54,402 nucleotides of DNA, filler included, from Squatina squatina (GCA_031763465.1; 3 parts of 3 records of this genome joined end to end with filler, not necessarily neighbours in it), one strand, 5' to 3'; shown: positions 13,101 through 25,337, counted from the whole stretch's first letter. Translations and numbers: made by a program. Notes: a model not told the origin generated them from the letters alone.

Positions 13101-15025
13101 TATTTCTGAGAGAAGACTGTAAGAGCAAAAATACAAGTAAATAAAGATTAACTTGAGTCTTTTCAGAAAAACATTTGTGGCGGACTGACCACTGAGAGAC
13201 TTTTTGTCAATGTCTTATAGCTCAAAAGAAAGGGAACCATTCATTTAAGAGACAGTCTATACTTTTAATCTCTGTCCTATAAAACAATACTTTTCATGCA
13301 TGAAAAAGATAATTATAGGCAATAGCACAATTTCATTTTGAAGAGGCAGAGTTTAAAATAATAAAAGATGTTCAAGGTTTTGGTGGTAGACGTATTGATC
13401 AATCATGGTTGTCCTGAATCAATGCAAGTAACTGTAACTTTACAGGGAGGAGACTGAAGGGACTAAGGAATAAATGTACTGGCACAAATACTGTTTTTGC
13501 CTCACACATGGGAATTGTGACTGGCACAAGCATAACGGGAAGTTTGATGCCAGCAATTTTGCTTTCAGTGACATCATGGCATGTGGGAGGGAACATGTCG
13601 ATTCGCACTGACTTCAAGTGCCCTGCCATTTCATTCTCCCTTCGAGCTGGCAGCAAAATACCAGTGGAGGTAAGAATGAATAAAGTTGGTCTTATCTTCA
13701 CACAACGATGCCAATGTTTAAACAACTGTACTGCCTTCCAAGTTGAGCCGAGGCCCCAGGGGAAAAAAGGAAAGATATTTCGAATAAATTTCTGTGGAAA
13801 AGACACTTATCTAAAGCACTCCCTTGCAAGTTATTGCACGCAGTTACCAAGCCACAAATGGCCACTGATGCGAAAAATGTACTTTGCAATCTAGTTATGT
13901 AACTTTTCTAAGTGTAACATTCACAGAAAGAAAGAGAAACTCACACTTTCACAAGGAATAGGAATGGAGGAGGCAGTGAAAGATTAAAACCAAAATGTGT
14001 GTGTTGGAGAGCCTTTGATATATAAGGTTCAGTTTTACAAACTATAGGCTCTAAACACAACGTAGTAATTATACAAAAGCAGAAGATTTTTTAAACTTCA
14101 AAATCAGAGCGAGAAAATCAGTTTTCCAAACTTTATTTTGCAAGTTTTCTCCCTTTTCTCCTGTGAATGTTGATTCCTGACCTTGTAACCTACTTTTTGT
14201 AAACTAAACTTTTATGGCATTTTATTATTTGAGAGTTGTGCCCCCTGGTCCTCAAATACCTTTGGCTCTCTGGGGTACTACTTTGGCAGGACTGAAGGCA
14301 CCTCTGGAGGGCTTCTTGCTAGCGCAGTTCCTATTCAAGATGACTATGTTTGATGCTGGAAGGAAAGGAGCTGGCGTGTAAGCAAAGACCAATGATCTCT
14401 GATCATCGTTCTGCTTTTTAAAAATGTACCAGTGTGATACCCATGATTATGGAGTCTGTTGGATAGCAATAGAAACAAATTGTAATTTTTTTTTACTCTT
14501 AGCATTTCCAGCAAACAAGTCACCAAATGAACGACAGCAGAGTTGCCAGGGCACCATCCCTCTGCTGGATTGTAGACACAATTATAAACACTACACCAAC
14601 TATCCTTTAACCGCCAAGCTCAGAGGAGTGTCCGCTACTGCACCAACATGATGTTTCAGACACCAACACTCATCTCCCTGAGTGAGATCACCCAATCTCA
14701 TCTGCTCAAGGACCGTTGCAATCAGCAGTGAAAGCCAATGTTTATTCCATCAGCACAGGCTGAAGTCAAAACTTGGGTCCTAGCAACCAATGAGATTGCG
14801 TGATCTCACTCAGATTTGAAGACAGTTGTGGGTCATGCACCTCTTAAATGCAAGGAACTGGCTAATACTCCAGTCGATTAAAAAATGTTGTCATATTGTC
14901 CCGGTTTAAAAAAAATATCATTACAACCATAGGAGTTCCATAAGAGCCTGTCTAGAATCATGGTTTCAAACACCGTGCATTCACTTCTTACATGAAAATC
15001 CAGCAAAATGGACAACAACTTATAG

Positions 15026-15140
15026 TCATAGAGTCATTACGGCACACAAGGAGGCCATTGGGCCCATCGAGTCCATGCTGCCTCTCTGTTGAGCAATCCA
15101 GTCAGTCCCACTCCCCCGCTCTATCCCCGTAGCCAGTTGG
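15026..15140 (-). mobile_element. CR1-type LINE 3' tail
   Basis: catagagtcattacggcacacaaggaggccattgggcccatcgagtccatgc is the reverse complement of the tail type seen at 34170-34238 and 46540-46595. Confidence 0.7.
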
Positions 15141-17614
15141 NNNNNNNNNNNNNNNNNNNNNNNNNNNNNNNNNNNNNNNNNNNNNNNNNNNNNNNNNNNN
15201 NNNNNNNNNNNNNNNNNNNNNNNNNNNNNNNNNNNNNNNNCTCCTTTATTGGGTCCTTTAATCTTGCTTTTAACTTTGAAATTTCTACTTTTCAACTCAT
15301 AAACTTTTGCAATTTCAGCTAGTTTGCTCCCCAGTGTATTAAGATTTTGTTTCTTTGACAAACAAAATATACATTTATGGCTGACCATAAAAACCATTTT
15401 GTTCATATGGTCAGGCTTGCATAAGAATGCCAGATTTCCCCAGTACACATACACCAGGGCTGAAAAGCATATAAATCTTTGATATATTGGAAAAAAACCT
15501 AATTCCGCATTCCAAAAACCCTTGGCCCTCAACACAGTGACATTACATGTGCAATAAAGTTCCTTCAGCCTCATAATATCGCCAACCTCTGTGGTGGCCT
15601 GATATCCATTCTTTGAAATCTGCTGGGAGCGATGTTCAAGATCTTTAGCTGGATGAAGCAGAGGCGGGCATTCCACGTGGCTCTTCTAAAATTGGAACAG
15701 ATGTGTTGCCATCTCTTGTTGCTAAACAGTATTTACATCCCACATACCTTTGGCTGAATTGGATACACATCTGAAGTAATTATCTAGGAATTTCTATGAA
15801 CCCATTTTTATTATTTTTCAGGAAATAATCCAGGTATGAGTAGCCTTGGATTGGAGCTCCCCACTGCCCGGTTATTTTTTAACATTAAGACTTCTATCTG
15901 AAAATATCCAAAGCAATGAATCTGCTTCAGTCCAAAGCATTGCTTAAAACAATTAAATGAGCCAGTTTTGGGGTATTCATGCACAGCAGTGTTAAACCTT
16001 GCCAATTTCTTTTTTTCTATGTAAAGCCCTGGTTCCCATTCATAAAAAGGGGGCTTTTCTAACTGCGAAGCTGAAGTTGAGAGATAAAAATACCTGATGG
16101 TCCCTGGCAGTGAGATTCTAAAATGTTAAAAGCTCTGCTGTCGGCAGTTNNNNNNNNNNNNNNNNNNNNNNNNNNNNNNNNNNNNNNNNNNNNNNNNNNN
16201 NNNNNNNNNNNNNNNNNNNNNNNNNNNNNNNNNNNNNNNNNNNNNNNNNTCAAGCCATACCTCTTACCAACTCATTATAGCATCACTAGTCTGGGATCAT
16301 ACTGCCTCCGCTCTCAAGCACAAACTGGTGCATGGCATATGCGGATCTTGAAGTTGTGATGGAAAAAGAATAAGGAAAAAATGAATTAACAGATGGGACT
16401 TAATTTCTTTGAAAGGGAACTTAACTTTTTCAACTTAAATTCTTTGAAAGATGACTTCACGTTTTCAACATTCCAATGTTCAGTTCTAATCAGTGTTTAT
16501 CGTTCTCATACAGTGAAAAAGAATGAGATGCAAATTTAAGACAGCTGAGTACTGAACAGAATGGAACCTTATGTTTAGCAAGGATCCTGTCTGGATAAGG
16601 TTTGTGTATATCTGGAGTTGGCTGTGCAAGCCTGTAACCATGAAAGGGCTTCACTTCATTGCAATGTGTCAGACTTGTAAGCATTTACCCGCACCCTCCC
16701 CCGCACCCCCCCACCCCAATCATATCTCATCGCAGAGGAAATAGTGGTCTTGACTAGTGACTTAACAAGACATCTGGTGGCCATAGAGGCACATCAAGAA
16801 ATCTGCAATTTTCAATTGACAAGTTTATAAAAATGTGCTTNNNNNNNNNNNNNGCCAAAGCAGTTCCTTATGTGCTAAAATCTTTCATAACTGTGCACCT
16901 TGTTCATATTGCCTGGCTTAAACATCAAAATAGCATTTTAAACCAAACTACTTCGAATAATGGGGGAGGTACTTAAAATGCCAATAATTTTACCATCCAA
17001 TTACCACTAGTGCAATCGAGGCATCAGCATACTATCGGCAGTACTTACACCACTCTGCACATTCTGATGTTCATTTAATAAATAGTCAGACTAATTATTA
17101 GAGGAGGACTGTCAATTAATTTAAAGGGGAAAGAAAAGTCCAGGGGAGTACTTGCTCTTTGAAGTACTCACCAATATTTATCTGGGAAAAAAATAAGGTA
17201 ATTATTTATTTGTTACTGATCAAAAAATGTTGCTGAATTTACTGAAAATAGAATCCATCTTTCTGGGTCATTTTTCCTCTTCAATGATTCTGGTGACATC
17301 AATTGCAGGAAATGGCCACCTGCAGTGATAGGGAGGAGACACAAAATGGCAGATGAACATTTAAAAATGTCGGACAGGAAAAGCCCAGCCTGTCCATCTA
17401 GCCTTTCCATACAGTTGTGATAACTTATGCGTCAGGCCAAGAGACTTACCCATTCGGTGCCAAGTAGTCTCCTGGGAGAGGCGGAAAGCAAGGTCAGCAA
17501 CCCAAAGCCAATTAAGAGAAAAAAATCCAGCAAGTTTCTCTCCGATCTCTTTGCACGATCTTAACTAGTCCATGAAAGCACATTGACCATGCAGCTGAGT
17601 ATCTTTAGCTATAG

Positions 17615-17703
17615 CTTCTCGACCTGAAACGTTAACTCTGTTTCTCTTTCCACAGATTCTGCCTGACCAGCTGAGTATTTCCAGTATTTTCTGTTTTTAT
17701 TAT
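17615..17703. repeat. Dispersed shark repeat (possibly Penelope-derived); related copies at ~4020-4125 and ~23305-23380
   Basis: The motif ctgcctgacc(a/t)gctg...tttccagcatttt...agattccagcat recurs three times in the window. The family assignment is from memory. Confidence 0.5.
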
Positions 17704-18468
17704 ANNNNNNNNNNNNNNNNNNNNNNNNNNNNNNNNNNNNNNNNNNNNNNNNNNNNNNNNNNNNNNNNNNNNNNNNNNNNNNNNNNNNNNNNNNNNNNNN
17801 NNNNGCATGGATTAACCAGACGATGGAGCTGAGACTACTGAACTTCCCATGTCAGGTGGTGTATCTGGACTTTCAATTAAAATCAGTGAAAGTAGGTCAA
17901 GTAAGGTAAACTTGATGATAGTGTTTAAAAATCAATTAGATCTGCAACAGCCTGAGAGCATTGTGTTTATTTTTCTGGTGCTGTAAAGTGGATTGTTTAA
18001 ATAGTTTGTTCGAGGTTACTGAGGAAATTAAAAACAGGAAATACTGCTTTGTGTCATGTCTTTGTTTCTTGCTGCAGTTTGGATTAGGGAAGTACAGTTT
18101 GATTTGGGACCTCCAGCCAGATTAAACACTGTTGGGAAGAACATTACATGCGCTGAGGTGAATGAGATGCTTATCACTTTATGGGAAGTACTTGTCCTTG
18201 TTCAAGGAGGAGACCAAATTAAATTACACGCTTTCACTTCTCGGGTGACCAGTCTTCCAACACAGATGGCTGAATTTCACAAGGAATTTTCAGATCTGAT
18301 GGACTGGAACCCCTGACCTCTGCCATGTGGAGAATGTTTGGATATACACACACAAAACTGTCATCAGCAGCTGCTTCAGTACATCCCACTACCACCAGTC
18401 TGTTGCTTTTACAGGCCATTCCCTNNNNNNNNNNNNNNNNNNNNNNNNNNNNNNNNNNNNNNNNNNNN

Positions 18469-18480
18469 TTAATTAATTAA
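18469..18480. other. Artificial scaffold-joining spacer TTAATTAATTAA
   Basis: Palindromic 12-mer with stops in all six frames, centred in a 100-nt N block (44N+12+44N). Identical to 31777-31788. Confidence 0.95.
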
Positions 18481-19041
18481 NNNNNNNNNNNNNNNNNNNN
18501 NNNNNNNNNNNNNNNNNNNNNNNNTAGTTTTTAATAAATCTGAATTACAGTTTATGAAGGCAGACAAATATGAGCCATCTGTTTAAAATCAGTGTAGCAC
18601 AGTACAGTGTTACCACGCACATGAGCCGAGAGAAGTGGTTTCAGCTGCTGCTTAATTTGGCAAATGAGACGAGGCAGGTTATTCAGTCACTGAACCTCCA
18701 GAATATACATACATCAAACGCATCTCAAATGACCTACAGCAGTGAGAATGTTCATCAAAGAGAATATTAATTTATGAATCTTCAAAGATATTCCTTTGAA
18801 AAAAGTGTTTATACCAGGAAGCAATGTTTTTTACCCAATTGTCTTGTCTCTTTTCCTACCTCATTGCTGGAGAAAATGCCCGCAGTAATTGGCTACTTTC
18901 CAATACATTAATAAAGTGCCCATCCTCTATATGTGAGCCTTGAAAGTGAGCGTTGACAACGGGAGGGGGAGAGGGTGAGGTCACATCACACCTAAGATTC
19001 ACCTTGCCCTTCTCTTAACACCCACACGCGTGCACCCACAA

Positions 19042-19265
19042 GCATAGAGACATAGGAAGAGGTGGAGGTCAAATAGCCCCTCGAGCCTGCTCCATCATTC
19101 AGTGGGATCATGGCTGATCTGCACCTCAACTCCATTAGCCCACTTTGCTCCATATCCTTTGATACCGGAACCCAACAGAAATCGAAATCGATTGATCTCA
19201 GTCTTGTCAGCTCCAATTGTCCCAGCGTCCGCAGCCTTACGGGACAGACAATTCCAGAATTCCAG
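19042..19265 (-). mobile_element. Degraded CR1 LINE 3' end
   Basis: Same tail as 2651-2770 and 41533-41665 (gcccctcgagcctgctcc...ggctgatct...cctcaactcc). Confidence 0.7.
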
Positions 19266-19806
19266 TGTAGGGGACTTTGGCCCCCTAATGTTCCTATCTT
19301 TGTATTTCTATTTTAAACTTCCTTGCCAATAGTTGGAACTTTAATACAAAGGAGAACTTTTAATGATTGCTATTCCATTCTAAAATGCAAGTTGAGAACA
19401 AAGAATATGGAGGACCATTTTTAATAGACATTACTCCATGCGGATATGGAATGATAGTCTTAAATGGTCACATTAAGGCTACTTTGTGATTCCAGTTCAG
19501 TTTGCTGCTTATCCATTGCTATCACTTAACAGTCATCATCTATGACTCATTAAAACATGTAAAAGGAAGCCTATATAATGGACCATCACACCATTGATGC
19601 TACATAACATTTCAGCCACTTATATAAAAGATTGCACGTCACTTGCACTTCACACTTGTAAAATATTTCCTCTAATGCAGCACTAGCAATGCCATATCCC
19701 TTTTATTTTCTATTGTGCTCTCCTATTAAATTTGTTTTGGGATGTCACCGCTGCATGTCCGAATACTGGACTGTGTAACCGAAATTAGATTTTCCTTTGT
19801 TGATAG

Positions 19807-19955
19807 TCACGTGGCACAGCAGTAGGTTCAGGGGGTCGTGTCCGGTGTCCATCCTGTCGCCAAGAGGTTGTTCTGGACAGACATGGAGTTTATGGACTGC
19901 AAAGAAATTTACTGGTGGAAAATATTATTGACATTTACAAACAAGAATCTTCAAG
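19807..19955 (+). CDS. TRIM101: MuRF-family TRIM E3 ligase exon (end of RING plus MuRF conserved box); probably TRIM101/MuRF4
   Basis: tgatag|[49 protein letters not shown]|GTAGG, 149 nt, phase 0 to 2. Near-identical to TRIM54/55/63. The family call is firm; the paralog call is inferred from CRH2/UCKL1 linkage. Confidence 0.8.
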
Positions 19956-20510
19956 GTAGGAATTATATTGTTACATGTCAGCAAAACCAAAGAAAAATTG
20001 TATATCTTTGGTACAACTTTGTGATCAAGGATTACGGTAGAAAGTTTTATAGGGAGTAAACTTTACCACTTGGAATAATATCCATTGTAGTTTTTTAAAA
20101 AAATCTGAAGCAGTTGTTAGTTAATGGATGAACAATTGATCAGGAACATAGAGAACAAAAACAAGGGTGTGAAACTGGCTGACACATACAAAGACAAACT
20201 GCATACATACAATGTCACACTGAATTGTTCCAGAATTTTGCCTACCATTAGCCATTAGGGAATACAGTGCTTTGTATGTATTAAAACATATTCACAAAAA
20301 TACCTTGGAAAGACATGAATGGCAATGACAAGGGTAGTGTGTGACCCTAATTGCGATAATGTACCATTTGCACACTTTCTCAATCTTAGAGAATGAAAAC
20401 TAAAGGTTTATGTTCAAATGAGTTTTTTTGTATTGTGTTGCATTTTGTGGCAGGCTGATTGGACACTTTATGCAATAAATAATTCAGCAGTTTTTATGCA
20501 ATCAATCTAG

Positions 20511-20676
20511 GTCTACTGCAAAACCAGAACAGCCGACATGTGAAGAGCATGATGAGGAAAAGATTAATATATACTGTATTTCATGTGAGATGTCCACCTG
20601 CTCGCTATGCAAAGTATTTGGTGCACACAAGGATTGTGAGGTTGCCCCTCTTCTAACTGTCTACAAACAACAAAAG
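20511..20676 (+). CDS. TRIM101: MuRF-family TRIM B-box 2 exon
   Basis: ctag|(R)[55 protein letters not shown]|GTGGTT, 166 nt, in phase with the previous exon. Canonical B-box Cys/His pattern. Confidence 0.8.
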
Positions 20677-21707
20677 GTGGTTATAAATTTTAAGTATTTG
20701 TTGCTGAGGTCACTGAATAATTAAGCTCATATTGGAAACATTAAAGTTAAATGCNNNNNNNNNNNNNNNNNNNNNNNNNNNNNNNNNNNNNNNNNNNNNN
20801 NNNNNNNNNNNNNNNNNNNNNNNNNNNNNNNNNNNNNNNNNNNNNNNNNNNNNNCTTGGTGCCCCAACCCACTGCTGAATTACTTTAAACCCTCTCCCAC
20901 AGCACTAGTTAGCCTTATAATTCTGATCAAACATCAAACCCCAAATGAGTACACGAATTTCATCTCCGTTTTGGCTCGGTACTGATCAGTGCTACCTGAT
21001 AGACTGAATGGTGCCAGTAAGCAGGTCTTCAACAGCTCAGCCCTTCCCTCTGCACTGCACATACCAGCCTGGCCCCCAACTGTACCTTTGCCATATGGAT
21101 CATCTACTTGCCGACCTCCATGTTCTGGGCGATCTCTGCGATGATGAAACACAACTAATCACCCCCAAAAGACAGCTTGAACTGGCGATCAACCTGCCTC
21201 CTTGTGCCCCTCCCCCCAATAACCTGCTGCCTTGCCTCCTTCTGATTTCGCTCCTTGCGGTGGGCCAGTAACAGGCCGGCAGACCAATTTCCGATGCTCC
21301 TGCCGCCCGCTGCTTTAGACGCGTGCAGCAAGTGCCAGACCCACTTCTAAGCCATTGTGTAGAAGGTTCCCCTGCGGTGAGGACCAGAGTGGGGATTGGA
21401 ATTCAGCTCCCTGAACAACCATGACTGTCAATTGTCAGGTAACTGGCCGATTTGTACAATGAGGAGCTGTAGCCTAAATTCCTGTGGCTTTCCTCTGTTC
21501 CTTATCTTAGCGCAGGCGCTAACGTCTGTGCTGGAATACCAAACAGAGGAATTTCACATGAAATCACTAAGATTGCACCATTTCTTTGGCCAGCAGTAAT
21601 TTCTGGGTGTAATACTGGCCTGGAAAGCTGGGAGAGGCTGCACACGAAAATCACAAACAGGAAAACTTGTCTTAAGCCTTTAAAATACCGATGCACGTTT
21701 ACTGGGT

Positions 21708-21713
21708 TTTATT
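21708..21713 (-). terminator. Candidate poly(A) signal of CRH2
   Basis: AATAAA on the minus strand ~250 nt after the CRH2 stop codon. Confidence 0.5.
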
Positions 21714-21959
21714 ATTAATTGAGTAATAAAGTACAAGCACTAATAGCAGAAAAAACAATCAAATGTCACGAAAATTAGCAAGTTGTACATTCTTTACGGC
21801 AAGTTCCTAACCGTTTCATTACACATTTTGAACAGTAACAATATATGCTGTATAATTTGAATACGTTGGATTCAAATACAGTGATAAATAACATTGTATA
21901 CACGTTACACTTTTAAATATTGGACAACTAATGTAATAGACTCATGTCAGTCGATCGCA

Positions 21960-22403
21960 TCATTTTCCTATGCTTTCCATAAACAGTCTGTTACTCTCGG
22001 CTTTCTGGGCCATTTTTTCAGCTTTGGCCATTCCGAGGAATTCTCTCAATAGGTGAAAGGTGAGGTCGAGGGAGTTGGGTTTTGAATTGTACCTTTTTGA
22101 TCGATACATGTCGTCGTTGCCTCCCTGAACTTCTTCGGCACTCTGGCTATTTGAAAGTACGTTGCCCAGAGTCACCAGGGATGGCTCTTGCCTTTGCGCC
22201 ATGGTCTCTGAGTCTTCAGAAGGTGCTTGGAGCAGGTTTTGGTGAAATGGGAGGTGTAGACTGTGGTCCCACCGTTCCAGATCGGGCCCTGGCTCCTCGC
22301 TGCTGTAGGAGTGAGATCGCTTGGTGTTGGTTATAGGATGCGACTCTTTCGCAGGAAGAAAGCCGAGCACGAATAGGAATGTTGCCAAGATCAGTTTGTT
22401 CAT
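21960..22403 (-). CDS. CRH2: Corticotropin-releasing hormone 2 precursor (147 aa, single coding exon)
   Basis: Signal peptide MNKLILATFLFVLGFLPA, an RSKR convertase site, a 41-aa mature peptide YNSKPNSLDLTFHLLREFLGMAKAEKMAQKAESNRLFMESI, and a GK amidation signal before the stop. KPNSLDLTFHLLREFL is the recalled CRH2 signature (CRH1: SEEPPISLDLTFHLLREVL). An acceptor lies 9 nt before the ATG, as in the two-exon CRH genes. Confidence 0.9.
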   Translation of the reverse strand: MNKLILATFLFVLGFLPAKESHPITNTKRSHSYSSEEPGPDLERWDHSLHLPFHQNLLQAPSEDSETMAQRQEPSLVTLGNVLSNSQSAEEVQGGNDDMYRSKRYNSKPNSLDLTFHLLREFLGMAKAEKMAQKAESNRLFMESIGK

Positions 22404-22430
22404 GTTGACAGGCTATTAAANNNNNNNNNN

Positions 22431-22640
22431 AGGGAGTTATCCCTGATATTATTGCCAATATTTATTCCTCAATTAACATAACAAAAACAGATTTTCTGGC
22501 CATTGTCACATTGCTGTTTGTGGAATCTTACTGTGCACGAATTGGCTGCCGCATTTCTCACATTATAACAGTGACTGCACTTCAAAAAGAACTTAATTGC
22601 CTTTGAGACGTCCGCTGATCGTTAAATAAATGTCTGACTT
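22431..22640 (+). mobile_element. DeuSINE/SacSINE1-like SINE in the CRH2 intron
   Basis: Core cattgtcacattgctgtttgtgg...ttggctgccgcatttc...acagtgactgcacttcaaaa, shared with copies at 41705-41890, 45474-45583 (-) and 2773-2880. Confidence 0.7.
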
Positions 22641-23566
22641 TCTTTCGTTCTTTTCATATAGTAAGTAAAAGAACAGTTACAAATAAATAAGAACCTTTCA
22701 GAGGTTTCTCCAATAAATCCCTTAAACTCACTTATGTCTATGTCCCAGTCTATCACTGTTGATTCCGATTCAGCTCTGACAAGATAATAATTATTAGCAG
22801 AAAACTCTAATGCAGAAGGTGGGTTGTTACCGCATGTTTTATTCAGTTACAGAATGTTTAGTCACTATCTGTAAGATTGGACCCCAGACTAACCAATTGA
22901 TGTCAAAGCCAATTCTCGTATCTGTTAGCAAGGGTGCACCTTTAAAGTATATGATCCCGACAACTTTCAAATGACATTTGCCGCTCAATTTTTCCGCCCT
23001 CAAAAACTGGATGGTAAATGATGCACATTTCAGTTATTAATCTTTGACATGCTTGCAAAACTTGTCCTTTAACCGAATTCACTAACGCATCAAAAACTTC
23101 CAGTTAATAGCTGTCACTTTCTAACATATGGGAAGTTTGTACTAGTCTTCGTNNNNNNNNNNNNNNNNNNNNNNNNNNNNNNNNNNNNNNNNNNNNNNNN
23201 NNNNNNNNNNNNNNNNNNNNNNNNNNNNNNNNNNNNNNNNNNNNNNNNNNNNGGTTTCCTGATGAACAAAGACATTTTTGAAACAAATAATATAATGAAA
23301 TTATGCTGCCTGACCTGCTGGGTTTTTCCAGCATTTTTTGTTTGTATTCTAGATTCCAGCATCCGCAGTATTTCGTTTCTGTTCGCTAATGAAATATTGC
23401 ACAGCCTAAAAATATGAATCACTCTTGAGATCTATACCAAAGTATATTTGTATCGCAGCATGCATTTTTATTAGCCATACTTGAACTTTAAAAGCAAGTA
23501 TAATCAATGACTAAAATAAACATCAGCATAGTTAGACAATGACTTTCTACGATTTATACATCTTAC

Positions 23567-23790
23567 CTGTTTACCTGTGACTGTTCACGGCTCAGGTGCC
23601 TAATTTGCAATGATAAGACTCTTGGAGAGCCTAACGATATCTACATATCCCTTGAACAACCTCCCCAAAAGAGTGAAATAAGTACTTCACATGTACACTA
23701 CTGTGTCCTTTGCATCATGTCTCCAAAAGGCCTAGATTCTTTGAACTGGCTACTATATACTATCACTCAGTAAACTCACTTCCTGTTTAT
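23567..23790 (-). promoter_or_regulatory. Putative CRH2 promoter and non-coding exon 1
   Basis: Strong donor CAG|GTAAGA at 23567/23566, TATATAG at 23753-23759 and ATAAACAGGAAGTG at 23777-23790. Separated from the CDS by N gaps, so the linkage is inferred. Confidence 0.4.
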
Positions 23791-24307
23791 CAATTGTAGT
23801 ATGGTTTGTGGTGAATTTTCCATTACACCCAAGGGGGCTTGTCAACTCATTTTTCGCTATTCTCTAAAGCAATTAATTAAAAGTAGATATTTCATAATAA
23901 AATTAATAAAGGTTGAGGTACAGTGCAAATAATGAATTATAGAAACAGAANNNNNNNNNNNNNNNNNNNNNNNNNNNNNNNNNNNNNNNNNNNNNNNNNN
24001 NNNNNNNNNNNNNNNNNNNNNNNNNNNNNNNNNNNNNNNNNNNNNNNNNNCTGTTTACCTGGAAAACTGTCTCCCAATTGTATTTTTTTCATAACTTTAA
24101 GCCATATTCCATGAACATTTATGATGCTAAAGCAGTTCCAGGTAAAACTGGATCTACAAGTCTACTGCTGAATTATGGAATCAAATTTAGCAGCATTTCT
24201 CACAGGTACCTGGCTACTTGAATCCAAATTAAAAGACAAATAATAAAATGACTTGAAATTATATATTCCAAAAAGTGATCTAACACCATCTTGAAGCTGA
24301 ATCTTAC

Positions 24308-24415
24308 CAATAACACCCTGATTGCCATCAAAGCTGCAGCCCCTGTGGACACTGTACAATCCATTAGAATGACATGATCCTCACCGATGTCCTTTGGCAG
24401 TCTCAGGTAATGAAG
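24308..24415 (-). CDS. UCKL1: UCKL1 exon, UPRT-like domain
   Basis: tacag|[36 protein letters not shown]|GTAAGA, 108 nt. Confidence 0.92.
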
Positions 24416-24538
24416 CTGTATATCGGAAGCATACAGTTTATGAGGGCCAGCAATAACAGGTTACAGTAAATCAAAACACAGAAGTTTAGTAGTATGGATT
24501 TATTCAATTCTAATGGTAATCTAGATTCCATATAATCA

Positions 24539-24721
<183 letters not shown>

Positions 24722-25317
24722 TTAAAACAAATAGANNNNNNNNNNNNNNNNNNNNNNNNNNNNNNNNNNNNNNNNNNNNNNNNNNNNNNNNNNNNNNNNN
24801 NNNNNNNNNNNNNNNNNNNNNNNNNNNNNNNNNNNTAGATGCTTTTTGAAGGTGCAGCAGAAATGAACAGACTGAGCCACTGTTAAAACACAAGATTTAG
24901 TTGTGCATTTAGCCATCATACAGGCAGATAAGTGCATGTGACACATGTGGTCAAATCTCAAGCCAAGTCCAATTCAGTTATTAGTTGCAGTCAGTTCATG
25001 CCAAGCAAAGAGCAGTTCAAGCAGGGAACAATTACTAAAATAAGGATAGCTTTCTCTATAAATCAGCCAGGAAATTCCCAATATAAGAAAGAAAATTGTT
25101 GACATTTTCAAGAAGTAAGGAATAAGATAAATTAATTAATTTAAGCTTCACTCTGAAACATTTTAGTTGCTGGGTGACTGCACTAACAGCAAATTATAGA
25201 AAACCATTGTAAGCAGTTGTAAGCAATTATTAGTTTTTGCTTTCTAAAATAGCCACACATAGGCTTGAAATGCAAAAACAGCTAGGAAAATGAATGAAGT
25301 ATGCAAATTCTCCTCAC

Positions 25318-25337
25318 ATATCCCAGCGCAGTTTCCT
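25318..25337 (-). CDS. UCKL1: UCKL1 20-nt alternative microexon (RKLRWD-M/I)
   Basis: aacag|AGGAAACTGCGCTGGGATAT|gtgagg, phase 0 to 2. Matches the recalled RKLRWDM-type linker variant of vertebrate UCKL1. Confidence 0.75.

Noticed and set aside
15545-15686. Exon-like segment after a minus-strand acceptor (ttccaattttag)
   Set aside because: No recognisable protein in any frame and no clear donor.
18469-18480. Perfect palindrome as a biological element or CRISPR-like repeat
   Set aside because: Synthetic six-frame-stop spacer. No CRISPR array, operon or prokaryotic system is visible in the window.
20677-24307. CRH2 apparently nested in, or truncating, TRIM and UCKL1
   Set aside because: The missing exons coincide with placeholder gaps, so incomplete assembly is the simpler explanation.
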